A stretch of 64,000 bases of DNA, from assembly GCA_964016885.1 (NCBI GenBank), contig OZ024742.1, positions 253,828,001-253,892,000 of the forward strand, read 5' to 3'. The notes under the pieces were generated by a model. The model did not search any database. It was given only the letters and a program-made list of their open reading frames with translations, and was not told the DNA's origin. Below are positions 34,822 to 50,200 of the stretch, in pieces. The position numbers were made by a program, and so were the translations under genes. Each line of letters starts with the position of its first letter. The first letter of the stretch is position 1. Source of the DNA: Eledone cirrhosa. Lineage: Eukaryota.

Positions 34822-36560
34822 TTGAGGTCTATGAAACAAATATACACTTCTTGGCAATACTCCTACAATTTATCAAATAAACTGCTACAGTTTGAATATA
34901 TGAATGACTGTGCTGTGTCTTGGACAAAAACCACACTGTTTGTCAGCTAGCTTTGATTCGACAATATCGCTACATCTCTTTGCCAGACACTTAGCATAGA
35001 CTTTACTGAGGAGGCTTAACAAGGATATTCCTCTATAATTAGAGCAATCTCTCTCATCACCTCTTTTGAAAATTGGGATTATCATCCCTGATTACCATTA
35101 CTTTGGTGCTTTTCCAGAGATCCAGATAACCTGGCTCACATGAATCAGCCAGAGAATATCTACTCTATTTAAGGCTTTTAACATCTTGGGCCGAATGTCA
35201 TCCTCCACAGCAGCCTTGCCACATTTGAGCTCTTTAATTGCTCTGGTGACCTCATCCTTCAAGAGGTTATTCATCACTCATAGATACATCTCATGTACAT
35301 CAGAATATGTTGTTGTAACCAGGTTTAGGAGATTGGTAAAGAATTCTTTCCGTCTCATGTAGTTTCACCTCTCTGTAGACAGAAGAACACCAAATGCAGA
35401 GGACTTCTTTTTACAAAGTTGACACATGGTCTGCCAGAATACTTTATTTATTGATCTAAAGTTGGATTCCAGCTTAATCCCAAAGTTTTCCCATATCTTA
35501 ATTTTGATGCCATTACTCTCTCTTCTGTGACTCTTCATGTCTGCCTTACCACAATTGAAAGAAAGAAGACTTATTTCCAAGCCAATCTTTGAAAGCCTCC
35601 TTCTTTTCTTAGATGGCATATTTTATCTCCTGATTGAACCAAGGGGTTCTTCTGCCCACACAATTTAACAACTGATGCAAAGTCTGCAGAACTGAACATT
35701 GTCCATTCAGATCACTGAATTTAAATGCAATTGTAACTGCATATCTGGTCCTGACCCCTCATCAGCTAGCACTTCCCACTTTATCTTGCAAGTTGATCTG
35801 GACCTGCCACTTGTGTGGGTTTTCTTGACTAAGTAGCTTCATGTTGATAGCTCAACCTCTCTTTTAACATGAATATCCAGCATAGAATTGAAGAGATCAG
35901 GGATAATGAAAAATATCAATTACTGACCTCTCTCCGGTTTCCCTTATAACATGTATGTTTATGGATGTTGCTGTGTTGGATTACTAACCCAAATATCTAA
36001 TTAGGCCTCTCTGTTCGTATTTACATCTGAATTGTCATTCCTTCCAGCCGCTCTTTTCCATGTCAGTTGGTCAGTGCCAACACGTGCATTGAAATCGCTC
36101 ATTAGGATATATGACTGAATCTTAATTACATCTAATGCTGCAAGGAAGGATGTGTATTCAGACTCTGTTTGGCAGATAAACATGCAACATACATGGAGAC
36201 CTTTCTTTCAGCCTAAGATTAATGCAGCAAATCATCCCACCAAATGGGATCTAGTCTATAACACATTCCAACAGTCGAGGACACGTGAATATTCCCACTC
36301 TCCTCTGTGCATCACACCTGTATAGTGGAGTTTCCATTCTCCATCTATATCTATAGTACAGGAGCTACGGACATTTGTTGAGTAAACCACGACTGTATGA
36401 AACCAGTAGCATCTGGCCCCCTCCACTACTCCCTGTTCCTTATCTGTAAGGTATATAAAATTCCAGTTGCCACTTGTAAAGATTTATTCCCTTCTGCAAC
36501 CTCTTTGTTTTATTGGAATATATGACCTTTGTGTTTCCATCCCACGCTTCGCAAGAGAGG
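34822..36560 (-). mobile_element. Decayed RTE LINE, 5' portion (APE endonuclease to RT N-terminus)
   Basis: ILMSDFNARVG (APE), IIPIFKRGD..NYRGISLLSL..KQCGF; 34822-35370 is similar to 14365-14930; 3' half missing. Confidence 0.8.
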
Positions 36561-36978
36561 TCACAAACCGATTGCCAGTTCTTATAACATTGGATGGAGA
36601 CTGCAACATATCTTTTGACCAGGTGCTTCTACCTAAAGTCTAAATGCAACCCTTGTTATTATGCATGAAGGATGATGTAGTATGATTGCTTTTATTATAT
36701 CTGACCTTATTGTAGTTTTTGGTGGTCTTATTTGCACCAGTCATCAATTTGGTAATCCTTTAGAACCCATGAAGACTAAGCCCTTTTGAAGATAGCTTTT
36801 ACTTGCTTTGTCATAGCTACAACACTGATTTGTAAGAGTTTTCTTTTATGCTAGCAGGGTTTAGACAGGTTATCCTAATCCAAGATGAGACAAGTCATAG
36901 TGACCTCATCCTGCTCATTATGTTCCATATTTGGTAGGATTATTCTGGGTGCTTTACGTCATGTCATGAGCATGAATG

Positions 36979-37041
<63 letters not shown>

Positions 37042-38368
37042 TTGTGTGTGTGTGTGAGAATATGTGTATATGAATGTTACCCTGTCTATATTTACATTTA
37101 TGTGTGTGACAATGTTTATTATGGCTCATAACTTTAAATTTAAGTACTAGAGTCAATATGATCAACTAAATCAGTGTGGTGACCCAGTATGGTCACAACC
37201 TCATGAATGAAATTTGTAAAAGAATAAAAGAATAATAAACACTTTCTGGGGCATAGAATGTTTTTATGATGACATTAAAGAATGTCAGATAATATAATAA
37301 ACAAGCATAGCATTGTATATCGGACGAATCTTACATCTTCAATGTCTCAATTTTCAGTTAGTATTCTTTTTCATTTTTAGAATAATTTGGGGAAGGTGCG
37401 AGGGCAATTCTTTGAAAATTGAATTTAGGGGAGCTTTCTTCCTTTTCATTATAGATTCAAGGGCCTACAAGCGAAATCTCACAAAAGAAAATTTACAATT
37501 ATAGAAGAATTACTATGAAGTAAATGGTTGCGATGTCGTGTGAAAAATCAAATGAATTGAGATGTTGATGGCAACTTAAATTTACATGAATTTCTCATAT
37601 CTGACTTTTTCTGATATATGGAAACTAATGGGAATACGATGTACTGTATCTACTCTGCAAATTGATCCAAATTAAAGAAAGACATAGGATGTATTTGATT
37701 TTTTGTTTGGTTTTTAGTAGCTTTTCTTTTCTCTCTCAATGAAATCAAACTATAACTAAGCTATATAAGGATTTCCCCAGGAGAGCTTTTGAAATGAGAA
37801 TGTCAGCTCTATTTATAGAAAAAATGGTTTAGAGATGTTAGAAAGGTAAATAAATGTAAAATAAATCAATGCATTGAATAAAATATAAATGTATGTGCCA
37901 ACATTAAATACATATATAGATAAAACTATACATAGAAACACAAATAAATATACACACTGCACAGAGAAGCCCATGTATAAACTCACATATACAGGCATTT
38001 AGAAGCATTTTGAGAATGCACTCTTTAGTGCTAGTCTGAAGTGGCATTTTAGATGCATGCTGGGATTTTTAGAAGGCTTTGAAAATCTCCAAATGTTTTA
38101 ATTTTCTGATTGATGCAAACTGAATTTCCTGAATAGACCAGGGATGTGACTGAATAAATATATTGGGTCATACAACTCAGATATAAATATGGCATGCCTT
38201 ACCTCAGTGGATAAGGATAGTTAGGACTGGGCTTTTCAAAGTGATCTATATTTATCCATAGTGGGAGAACAAAGTTTTGGCAGGTCTGAGTAAAAGCTGA
38301 AGTATCCACGAGTGGTGAATTCACTGGTTTGCATTTATTAATTTATTAATAATAGAAGAATAACGATT

Positions 38369-38532
38369 GGATCACATAGAATAACTGCCAGATATTGTAA
38401 ACCTATCAGAATCTCTAATAGTTTACTGGATCAGGTAGAATAGCTGCCAGATACCATAGTCCTAATAGAATGCCTGATTGTTTAGTGTATCATGTACAAT
38501 AGCTGACAGATATCATGAATCTAGAAGAATGC
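38369..38532. repeat. Degenerate ~59-bp tandem repeat, about 3 copies
   Basis: GGATCA..TAGAATA(A/G)CTGCCAGATA..CCTA..AGAAT units starting near 38369, 38428 and 38487. Confidence 0.6.
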
Positions 38533-39499
38533 TAAACATCAAAATTCCTAAATAGATTATTTAACCATTTGATATTGAAATGAAGCATGCAAATATAGAC
38601 ACCTCTCATAAAAACGAATATATTGAAATGACTTTCTATTAGGAAGAAAATGTTATGTTCACATTTAAAGGAATTGCATATTACTGGATAAATTAAAAAC
38701 CCTACAGAAAGATATCTCAAGCTTTATACAACTGTTGACCCTATTTTACTATATTATCAAAATCAGTAGAGGGTGAAATCTGGGTTTAGATACATGCATC
38801 ATTTACAAAGCAAACAGAGAAGCATTTTGTGTATAGAATGTGGTGGTTTGTGCTCACTGCAACCTAATATTTGTGATCTCCATACTTATCAAAGCCATCC
38901 TTCTCATTAAATAATTATTCAAGAATTAAATGTACATTTACATGTATAGTTTATGGATTCTTTTCTCATGTAAGTTGTATTAAGCAACAGTAAATTGCTT
39001 ATGTTATGTATTTCATTAATTTGTTTACCAGAACAAATACCAAGGCTTTTAGTCTGACACCATAATGATTCTGCCATTTTTTAATGATTTCAAATATGTC
39101 CTTTAGTTGGGGAAACAAATTTTTAAATTCTCTTGCAGTTCTCAAAGAAAAGGGGAGATAATTTGTACAAATTTCAAGATATTAATTACGAGCATTTCTA
39201 ACCTGTAAAAATATTGAAACCCAATCAGGCAAGGGAGACTACACAATGCTGAAATAAGATCCATGTTCATAAATCTTAACTTAAAACTCTTGATATTATC
39301 TCCTTGACAGTCCCTAACAATTACCTCTTTTCCAACTAAAGAACAAATTTCAATTCATTAAACATTTTTTTACATCCATCATTAAGTACCAAAAATGTTA
39401 ATGCTGTTCAAATTTTCCTAATAGAAATCACCTAAAATAAGTGAAATCTATCTCTTTGGTGAATAAAACTCCTCCTGCTTTTTTTAACTGTATTTTTAA

Positions 39500-39546
39500 T
39501 TCTTCTTCTTCTTCTTCTTCTTCTTCTTCTTCTTCTTCTTCTTCTT

Positions 39547-39589
<43 letters not shown>
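39500..39589. repeat. Compound (TTC)n(TAC)n microsatellite
   Basis: Direct inspection. Confidence 0.95.
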
Positions 39590-40519
39590 AAGCCTGTCTT
39601 GCTAGTATAGTTTCATTGGATTTATTAATTCAAATTTTTATAACTTTATGGGTGGTTGGTCAGATTGTTGGGAAAATTTGCAGTAAACCAAAGTAAAAAT
39701 TTAAATGTTTAATGTGATCCAATCATAGTGTTATTTTGTACTTTCCAAACATGTTTTGCTAATGTAGGTTCCTGTAGTAGAAGATACAAAGAGCTAATTA
39801 GTTTGATGGATTATGGAAAATTCAAACATTTACTTATAGTTTTAGGTGAATTACAAGAGGTACCAGGTTATCAGTTATCAGAAACCTGGTATTATGCCTC
39901 TACTACTAGTTTATATTTTTCTCATAACAACTCAATGGTTCTCTGTTGGTTTCAACGATGAATATTTAATAATAGAACAGCCTACTAATGAAATGAACAT
40001 GCAAATGGCTGTGCATTCCACAGACATGTGTAGCCTTAATGAGACTCAGCTTGACAGAGTGTATGACAAGGATAACCCCTTGAATTACAGAAACAGTCCA
40101 TCTGATAGGCTTCTAAATAGTTTCTGCCTACCAAATTACACTCACTAGACATAGGTCAGCCCAAGACTGTGATAATTAACATTTGTTCTAAATATCACAC
40201 ATTGGGATTGAAACCAGAACCAAATGGTTGAGAAACAATTTAGTATATTATTCAACCATACAGTATCCACTCTCATACTAATAACATTCAAGAAAATCAT
40301 GTTAGTAGTTGTCATTTTAATCTTTTAGAAATGTTTTGCTGAATCATGACTATATTCTATTGTTAATTTAGGTTCAATATCAGCAACGGGGGTAATTCTT
40401 TCATTGGAGAAAGTCTGCAAACATCATGCAATTTTCTTGATTGAATGTTGAGAGGAAATTACAGAGTGACAGTCATAGAAATTGAAAATACTTCTGAAAT
40501 ACAACAAACAAGTAAAAAC

Positions 40520-40924
40520 ACAACACAGACAGTAACTATATACAACACAGACAGTAACTATATATAACACATAGTAACTGTATATAAAACACCTAGTAAC
40601 TATATATAACACACAGTAACTATATATAATACACAGTAATCATATATAACACACAATAATTATATGTAACACAGACAGTAACTATATAAACACACAGTGA
40701 CTATATATAATTGTTTCTACGTTTGGCACAAGGCCAGCAATTACTCAGTGCATTACTGGTACTTTATTTTATCGACCCTGTAAGGATGAAAGGCAAAGTT
40801 AACCTCAGTGGGATTTGAACTCAGAATGGCAAGGGCTGTAACTCTATACGTCAAAGCATGGCATCCGACCCTAACTATATATAACACAGATAGAAACTAT
40901 ATATAACACACAGTAACTATATAT
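40520..40924. repeat. ~20-24-bp minisatellite (ACACAGTAACTATATATA) interrupted by a SINE
   Basis: About 10 degenerate units on both sides of 40711-40873. Confidence 0.8.
40711..40873 (-). mobile_element. Nin-like SINE, 5'-truncated
   Basis: Colinear with 21750-21910 and lacks the internal insertion; flanked by ACTATATATAA on both sides. Confidence 0.85.
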
Positions 40925-41283
40925 TGGAAGGTCTTATTAGTCTAGGAAGACAATATATGACAAGGAGTTAGTACATTGTAAGACTGGGTATGTTTCATTA
41001 CACTGGGATGACAACTTCCTAATACTAGGTTGGTCTAGTACATTCTTGGACTGAGAGGATTCAGTACAATCCTAGACTGAGAAGATCCAGTATATGACTG
41101 GACTGAAAGGATTCGGCTGGACAGAAATGAGGGTAACTTCTAAAACAAAGTGATGTCAGAGTGACAGATCAGACTGGTCAGCAAAAAGTTAGTATGACAG
41201 TGTCAACTGATCAGTTATGTAAGGAAAAACCCTTCAATAAAGTTTTAACATTTTCAATGGACACAAAGAGAGGGGAGAGGCTT

Positions 41284-44200
41284 GAAAAGGAATATGTCAT
41301 GTAGTGGACAGTATACTGAAGAGGAAAGAATATGACCTGTAGTGGACAGTATACTGAAGAGGAATATATGCTGTAGTGGACAGTATACTGAAGAGGAAAG
41401 AATATGACCTGTAGTGGACAGTATACTGAAGAGGAATATATGCTGTAGTGGACAGTATACTGAAGAGGAAAGAATATGACCTGTAGTGGACAGTATACTG
41501 AAGAGGAATATATGCTGTAGTGGACAGTATACTGAAGAGGAAGGAATATGTACTGTAGTGGACAGTATACTGAAGAGGAAGGAATATGTACTGTAGTGGA
41601 CAGTATACTGAAGGGGAAGGAATATGTCTTGTAGTGGACAGTATACTGAAGAGGAAGGAATACGTCCTCGAGTGGACAGTATACTGAAGAGGAAGGAATA
41701 TGTCCTGTAGTGGACAGTATACTGAAGAGGAAGGAATATGTTCTGTAGTTGACAGTATACTGAAGAGGAAGGAATATGTCCTGTAGTGGACAGTATACTG
41801 AAAAGGAAGGAATATGTCCTGTAGTTGACAGTATACTGAAGCGGAAGGAATATGTACTGTAGTGGACAGTATACTGAAGAGGAAGGGATATGTCCTGTAG
41901 TTGACAGTATACTGAAGGGGAAGGAATATGTCCTGTAGTGGACAGTATACTGAAGAGGAAGGAATATGTCCTGTAGTGGACAGTATACTGAAAAGGAACG
42001 AATATGTCCTGTAGTGGACAGTATACTGAAGAGGAATATGTCTTGTAGTGGACAGTATACTGAAGGGGAATATGTCCTGTAGTGGACAGTATACTGAAGA
42101 GGAATATGTCCTGTAGTGGACAGTATACTGAAGAGGAAGGAATATGTCCTGCAGTGGACAGTATACTGAAGAGGAAGGAATATGTCCTGTAGTGGACAGT
42201 ATACTGAAAAGGAAGGAATATGTCTTGTAGTGGACAGTATACTGAAGAGGAAGGAATATGTTCTGTAGTTGACAGTATACTGAAGAGGAAGGAATATGTC
42301 CTGTAGTGGACAGTATACTGAAAAGGAAGGAATATGTCCTGTAGTTGACAGTATACTGAAGCGGAAGGAATATGTACTGTAGTGGACAGTATACTGAAGA
42401 GGAAGGAATATGTCCTGTAGTTGACAGTATACTGAAGAGGAAGGAATATGTCCTGTAGTGGACAGTATACTGAAGAGGAAGGAATATGTCCTGTAGTGGA
42501 CAGTATACTGAAAAGGAAGGAATATGTCCTGTAGTGGACAGTATACTGAAGAGGAATATGTCTTGTAGTGGACAGTATACTGAAGGGGAATATGTCCTGT
42601 AGTGGACAGTATACTGAAGAGGAATATTTCCTGTAGTGGACAGTATACTGAAGAGGAAGGAATATGTCCTGCAGTGGACAGTATACTGAAGAGGAAGGAA
42701 TATGTCCTGTAGTGGACAGTATACTGAAAAGGAAGGAATATGTCTTGTAGTGGACAGTATACTGAAGGGGAATATGTCCTGTAGTGGACAGTATACTGAA
42801 GGGGAAGGAATATGTGCTCGAGTGGACAGTATACTGAAGAGGAAGGAATATGTCCTGGAGTGGACAGTATACTGAAGAGGAAGGAATAGGTCCTCGAGTT
42901 GACAGTATACTGAAGGGGAATATGTCCTGTAGTGGACAGTATACTGAAGAGTAATATGTCTTGTAGTGGACAGTACACAGAAGTGGAAGGAATATGTCCT
43001 GTAGTGGACAGTATACTGAAGAGGAATATGTCCTGTAGTGGACAGTATACTGAAGAGGAATATGTCCTGTAATGGACAGTATACTGAAGAGGAATATGTC
43101 CTGTAGTGGACAGTATACTGAAGTGGAAGGAATATGTCTTGTAGTGGAAGGAATATGTCCTGTAGTGGACAGTATACTGAAGGGGAATATGTCCTGTAGT
43201 GGACAGTATACAGAAGTGGAATGAATATGTCTTGTAGTGGACAGTATACTGAAGATGAAGGAATATGTCCTGTAGTGGACAGTATACTGAAGAGGAAGGA
43301 ATATGTCCTTGAGTGGACAGTATACTGAAGAGGAAGGAATATGTCCTTGAGTGGACAGTATACTGAAGAGGAAGGAATATGTCCTGTAGTGGACAGTATA
43401 CTGAAGGGGAATATGTCCTGTAGTGGAGAGTATACTGAAGAGGAATATGACCTGTAGTGGACAGTATACTGAAGAGGAAGGAATATGTCCTGTAGTGGTC
43501 AGTATACTGAAGGGGAATATGTCTTGTAGTGGACAGTATACTGAAGAGGAAGGAATATGTCTTGTAGTGGACAGTGTACTGAAGGGGAATATGTCCTGTA
43601 TTGGACTGTATACTGAAGAGGAAGGAATATGTCCCTGAGTGGACAGTATACTGAAGAGGAATAAGTCTTGTAGTGGACAGTATACTGAAGAGGAAGGAAT
43701 ATGTCCTGTAGTGGACAGTATACTGAAGGGGAAGGAATATGTCCTTGAGTGGACAGTATACTGAAAAGGAATATGTCTTGTAGTGGACAGTATACTGAAG
43801 ATGAAGGAATATGTCCTGTAGTGGACAGTATACTGAAGAGGAATATGTCTTGTAGTGGACAGTATACTGAAGAGGAAGGAATATGTCCTTGAGTGGACAG
43901 TATACTGAAGTGGAATATGTCTTGTAGTAAACAGTATACTGAAGAGGAAGGAATATGTCCTGTAGTGGACAGTATACTGAAGGAGAATATGTCTTGTAGT
44001 GGACAGTATATTGAAGAGGAAGGAATATGTCCTTGAGTGGACAGTATACTGAAGTGGAAAGAATGTGTCCTGTAGTGGACAGTATACTGAAGTGGAATAT
44101 GTCCTGTAGTGGACAGTATACTGAAGGGGAATATGTCCTGTAGTGGACAGTATACTGAAGGGGAAGGAATATGTCCTGTAGTGGACAGTATACTGAAGGG

Positions 44201-47200
44201 GAATATGTCCTGTAGTGGACAGTATACTGAAGAGGAAGGAATATGTCCTGTAGTGGACAGTATACTGAAGGGGAATATGTCATGTAGTGGACAGTATACT
44301 GAAGAGGAATATGTCTTGTAGTGGACAGTATACTGAAGATGAAGGAATATGTCCTGTAGTGGACAGTATACTGAAGGGGAAGGAATATGTCATTGAGTGG
44401 ACAGTATACTGAAGGGGAATGTGTCTTATAGTGGACAGTATACTGAAGTGGAAGGAATATGTCCTTGAGTGGACAGTATACTGAAGAGGAAGGAATATGT
44501 CCTGTTGTGGACAGTATACTGAAGGGGAATATGTCTTGTAGTGGACAGTATACTGAAGATGAAGGAATATGTCCTGTAGTGGACAGTATACTGAAGAGGA
44601 ATATGTCTTGTAGTGGACAGTATACTGAAGAGGAAGGAATATGTCCTGTAGTGGACAGTATACTGAAGAGGAATATGTCTTATAGTGGACAGTATACTGA
44701 AGAGGAAGGTATATGTCTTGTAGTGGACAGTATACTGAAGGGGAATATGTCCTGTAGTGGACAGTATACTGAAGAGGAATATGTCTTGTAGTGGACAGTA
44801 TACTGAAGAGGAAGGAATATGTCCTGTATTGGACAGTATACTGAGGGGAATATGTCCTGTAGTGGACAGTATACTGAAGGGGAATATGTCATGGAGTGGA
44901 CAGTATACTGAAGAGGAAGGAATATATCCTGTAGTGGACAGTATATTGAAGGGGAATATGTCTTGTAGTGGACAGTATACTGAAGAGGAAGGAATATGTC
45001 CTGTAGTGGACAGTATACTGAAGGGGAATATGTCTTGTAGTGGACAGTATACTGAAGAGGAAGGAATATGTCCTGTAGCGGACAGTATACTGAAGGGGAA
45101 TATGTCTTGTAGTGGACAGTATACTGAAGATGAAGGAATATGTCCTGTAGTTGACAGTATACTGAAGGGGAATATGTCTTGTAGTGGACAGTATACTGAA
45201 GAGGAAGGAATATGTCCTGTAGTGGACAGTATACTGAAGGGGAATATGTCCTGTAGTGGACAGTATACTGAAGGGGAATATGTCCTGTAGTGGACAGTAT
45301 ACTGAAGTGGAAGGAATATGTCCTGTAGTGGACAGTATACTGAAGTGGAATATGTCTTGTAGTGGACAGTATACTGAAGAGGAAGGAATATGTCCTGTAG
45401 TGGGCAGTATAATGAAGAGGAATATGTCTTGTAGTGGACAGTATACTGAAGAGGAAGGAATATGTCCTTGAGTGGACAGTATACTGAAGAGGAATATATC
45501 TTGTAGTGGACAGTATACTGAAGAGGAAGGAATATGTCCTGGAGCGGACAGTATACTGAAGAGGAAGGAATATGGCTTGTAGTGGACAGTATACTGAAGG
45601 GGAATATGTCCTGTAGTGGACAGTATACTGAAGGGGAATATGTCTTGTAGTGGACAGTATCCTGAAGAGGAAGGAAAATGTCCTGTAGTGGACAGTATAC
45701 TGAAGGGGAATATGTCTTGTAGTGGACAGTATACTGAAGAGGAAGGAATATGTCCTGTAGTGGACAGTATACTGAAGGGGAAGGAATTTGTCCTGTAGTG
45801 GACAGTATACTGAAGGGGAATATGCCTTGTAGTGGACAGTATACTGAAGGGAATATGTCTTGTAGTGGACAGTATACTGAAGGGGAAGGAATATGTCCTG
45901 TAGTGGACAGTGTCCTGAAGGGGAATATGTCCTGTAGTGGACAGTATACTAAAGAGGAATATGTCCTGTAGTGGACAGTATACTGAAGAGGAATATGCCT
46001 TGTAGTGGACAGTATACTGAAGTGGAATATGTCTTGTAGTGGACAGTATCCTGAAGAGGGAGGAATATGTCTTGTAGTGGACAGTATACTGAGGAGGAAG
46101 AAATATGTCTTGTAGTGGACAGTATACTGAAGGGGAATATGTCCTGTAGTGGACAGTATACTGAAGAGGAAGGAATATGTCTTATAGTGGACAGTATACT
46201 GAAGGGGAATATGTCTTGTAGTGGACCGTATACTGAAGTGGAAGGAATATGTCCTGTAGTGGACAGTATACTGAATGGGAATATGTCCTGTAGTGGACAG
46301 TGTACTGAAGAGGAAGGAATATGTCCTGTAGTGGACAGTATACTGAAGGGGAAGGAATATGTCCTCGAGTGGACAGTATACTGAAGAGGAAGGAATATGT
46401 CTTGGAGTGGACAGTATACTGAAGAATAAGGAATATGTCCTGTAGTGGACAGTATACTGAAGAGGAAGTAATATGTCCTCTAGTGGACAGTATACTGAAG
46501 GGGAAGGAATATGTCCTCGAGTGGACAGTATACTGAAGAGGAAGTAATATGTCCTGTAGTGGACAGTATACTGAAGAGGAAGGAATATGTACTGTAGTGG
46601 ACAGTATACTGAAGAGGAAGGAATATGTACTGTAGTGGACAGTATACTGAAGAGGAAGGAATATGTCCTTGAGTGGACAGTATACTGAAGAGGAAGGAAT
46701 ATGTCCTGTAGTGGACAGTATACTGAAGGGGAATATGTCCTGTAGTGGACAGTATACTGAAGAGGAATATGTCCTGTAGTGGACAGTATACTGAAGAGGA
46801 AGGAATATGTCCTGTAGTGGTCAGTATACTGAAGGGGAATATGTCTTGTAGTGGACAGTATACTGAAGAGGAAGGAATATGTCTTGTAGTGGACAGTATA
46901 CTGAAGGGGAATATGTCCTCTATTGGACAGTATACTGAAGAGGAAGGAATATGTCCCTGAGTGGACAGTATACTGAAGAAGAATATGTCTTGTAGTGGAC
47001 AGTATACTGAAGAGGAAGGAATATGTCCTGTAGTGGACAGTATATGAAGAGGAAGGAATATGTCCCTGAGTGGACAGTATACTGAAGGGGAATATGTCTT
47101 GTAGTGGACAGTATACTGAAGAGGAAGGAATATGTCCTGTAGTGGACAGTATACTGAAGAGGAAGGAATATGTACTGTAGTGGACAGTATACTGAAGGGG

Positions 47201-50200
47201 AATATGTCCTGTAGTGGACAGTATACTGAAGGGGAATATGTCTTGTAGTGGACAGTATCCTGAAGAGGAAGGAAAATGTCCTGTAGTGGACAGTATACTG
47301 AAGGGGAATATGTCTTGTAGTGGACAGTATACTGAAGAGGAAGGAATATGTCCTGTAGTGGACAGTATACTGAAGGGGAATATGCCTTGTAGTGGACAGT
47401 ATACTGAAGGGGAATATGTCTTGTAGTGGACAGTATACTGAAGGGGAAGGAATATGTCCTGTAGTGGACAGTATACTGAAGGGGAATATGTCCTGTAGTG
47501 GACAGTATACTGAAGGGGAATATGTCCTGTAGTGGACAGTATACTAAAGAGGAATATGTCCTGTAGTGGACAGTATACTGAAGAGGAATATGCCTTGTAG
47601 TGGACAGTATACTGAAGAGGAAGGAATATGTCTTGTAGTGGACAGTATACTGAGGAGGAAGGAATATGTCTTGTAGTGGACAGTATACTGAAGGGGAATA
47701 TGTCTTGTAGTGGACAGTATACTGAAGCGGAATATGTCCTGTAGTGGACAGTATACTGAAGAGGAAGGAATATGTCTTATAGTGGACAGTATACTGAAGG
47801 GGAATATGTCTTGTAGTGGACCGTATACTGAAGTGGAAGGAATATGTCCTGTAGTGGACAGTATACTGAATGGGAATATGTCCTGTAGTGGACAGTATAC
47901 TGAAGAGGAAGGAATATGTCCTGTAGTGGACAGTATACTGAAGAGGAAGTAATATGTCCTGTAGTGGACAGTATACTGAAGGGGAAGGAATATGTCCTCG
48001 AGTGGAAAGTATACTGAAGAGGAAGGAATATGTCCTGGAGTGGACAGTATACTGAAGAGGAAGGAATATGTCCTCGAGTTGACAGTATACTGAAGGGGAA
48101 TATGTCCTGTAGTGGACAGTATACTGAAGTGGAATATGTCCTGTAGTGGACAGTATACTGAAGGGGAATATGTCCTGTAGTGGACAGTATACTGAAGAGG
48201 TATATGTCCTGTAGTGGACAGTATACTGAAGTGGAAGGAATATGTCTTGTAGTGGACAGTATACAGAAGTGGAATGAATATGTCCTGTAGTGGACAGTAT
48301 ACTGAAGGGGAATATGTCATGTAGTGGACAGTATACAGAAGTGGAATGAATATGTCTTATAGTGGACAGTATACTGAAGATGAAGGAATATGTCCTGTAG
48401 TGGGCAGTATACTGAAGATGAAGGAATATGTCCTTGAGTGGACAGTATACTGAAGAGGAAGGAATATGTCCTGTAGTGGACAGTATACTGAAGGGGAATA
48501 TGTCCTGTAGTGGACAGTATACTGAAGAGGAATATTGTCCTGTAGTGGACAGTATACTGAAGAGGAAGGAATATGTCCTGTAGTGGTCAGTATACTGAAG
48601 GGGAATATGTCTTGTAGTGGACAGTATACTGAAGAGGAAGGAATATGTCTTGTAGTGGACAGTATACTGAAGGGGAATATGTCCTCTATTGGACAGTATA
48701 CTGAAGAGGAAGGAATATGTCCCTGAGTGGACAGTATACTGAAGAAAAGAATATGTCTTGTAGTGGACAGTATACTGAAGAGGAAGGAATATGTCCTGTA
48801 GTGGACAGTATACTGAAGAGGAAGGAATATGTCCCTGAGTGGACAGTATACTGAAGGGGAATATGTCTTGTAGTGGACAGTATACTGAAGAGGAAGGAAT
48901 ATGTCCTGTAGTGTACAGTATACTGAAGATGAAGGAATATGTACTGTAGTGGACAGTATACTGAAGTGGAATATGTCTTGTAGTAAACAGTATACTGAAG
49001 AGAAAGGAATATGTCCTGCAGTGGACAGTATACTGAAGAGGAAGGAATATGTCCTGTAGTGGACAGTATACTGAAGGGGAATATGTCCTGTAGTGGACAG
49101 TATACTGAAGGGGAAGGAATATGTCCTGTAGTGGACAGTATACTGAAGGGGAATATGTCCTGTAGTGGACAGTATACTGAAGAGGAAGGAATATATCCTG
49201 TAGTGGACAGTATACTGAAGTGGAAGGAATATGTCCTGGAGTGGACAGTATACTGAAGAGGAAGGAATACGTCCTCGAGTGGACAGTATACTGAAGAGGA
49301 AGGAATATGTCCTGTAGTGGACAGTATACTGAAGAGGAAGGAATATGTCCTGTAGTGGACAGTATACTGAAAAGAAAGGAATATGTCCTGTAGTGGACAG
49401 TATACTGAAGAGGAATATGTCTTGTAGTGGACAGTATACTGAAGGGGAATATGTCCTGTAGTGGACAGTATACCGAAGAGGAATATGTCCTGTAGTGGAC
49501 AGTATACTGAAGAGGAAGGAATATGTCCTGCAGTGGACAGTATACTGAAGAGGAAGGAATATGTCCTGTCGTGGACAGTATACTGAAAAGGAAGGAATAT
49601 GTCTTGTAGTGGACAGTATACTGAAGAGGAAGGAATATGTCCTGTAGTGGACAGTATACTGAATGGGAATATGTCCTGTAGTGGACAGTATACTGAAGGG
49701 GAAGGAATATGTCCTGTAGTCGACAGTATACTGAAGAGGAAGTAATATGTCCTGTAGTGGACAGTATACTGAAGGGGAAGGAATATGTCCTGTAGTCGAC
49801 AGTATACTGAAAAGGAAGGAATATGTCTTGTAGTGGACAGTATACTGAAGAGGAAGGAATATGTCCTGGAGTGGACAGTATACTGAAGATGAAGGAATAC
49901 GTCCTCGAGTTGACAGTATACTGAAGGGGAATATGTCCTGTAGTGGACAGTATACTGAAGAATAATATGTCTTGTAGTGGACAGTACACAGAAGTGGAAG
50001 GAATATGTCCTGTAGTGGAGAGTATACTGAAGAGGAATATGTCCTGTAGTGGACAGTATACTGAAGAGGAATATGTCGTCTAGTGGACAGTATACGGAAG
50101 AGGAATATGTCCTGTAGTGGACAGTATACGGAAGAGGAATATGTCCTGTAGTGGACAGTATACTGAAGTGGAAGGAATATGTCTTGTAGTGGAAGGAATA

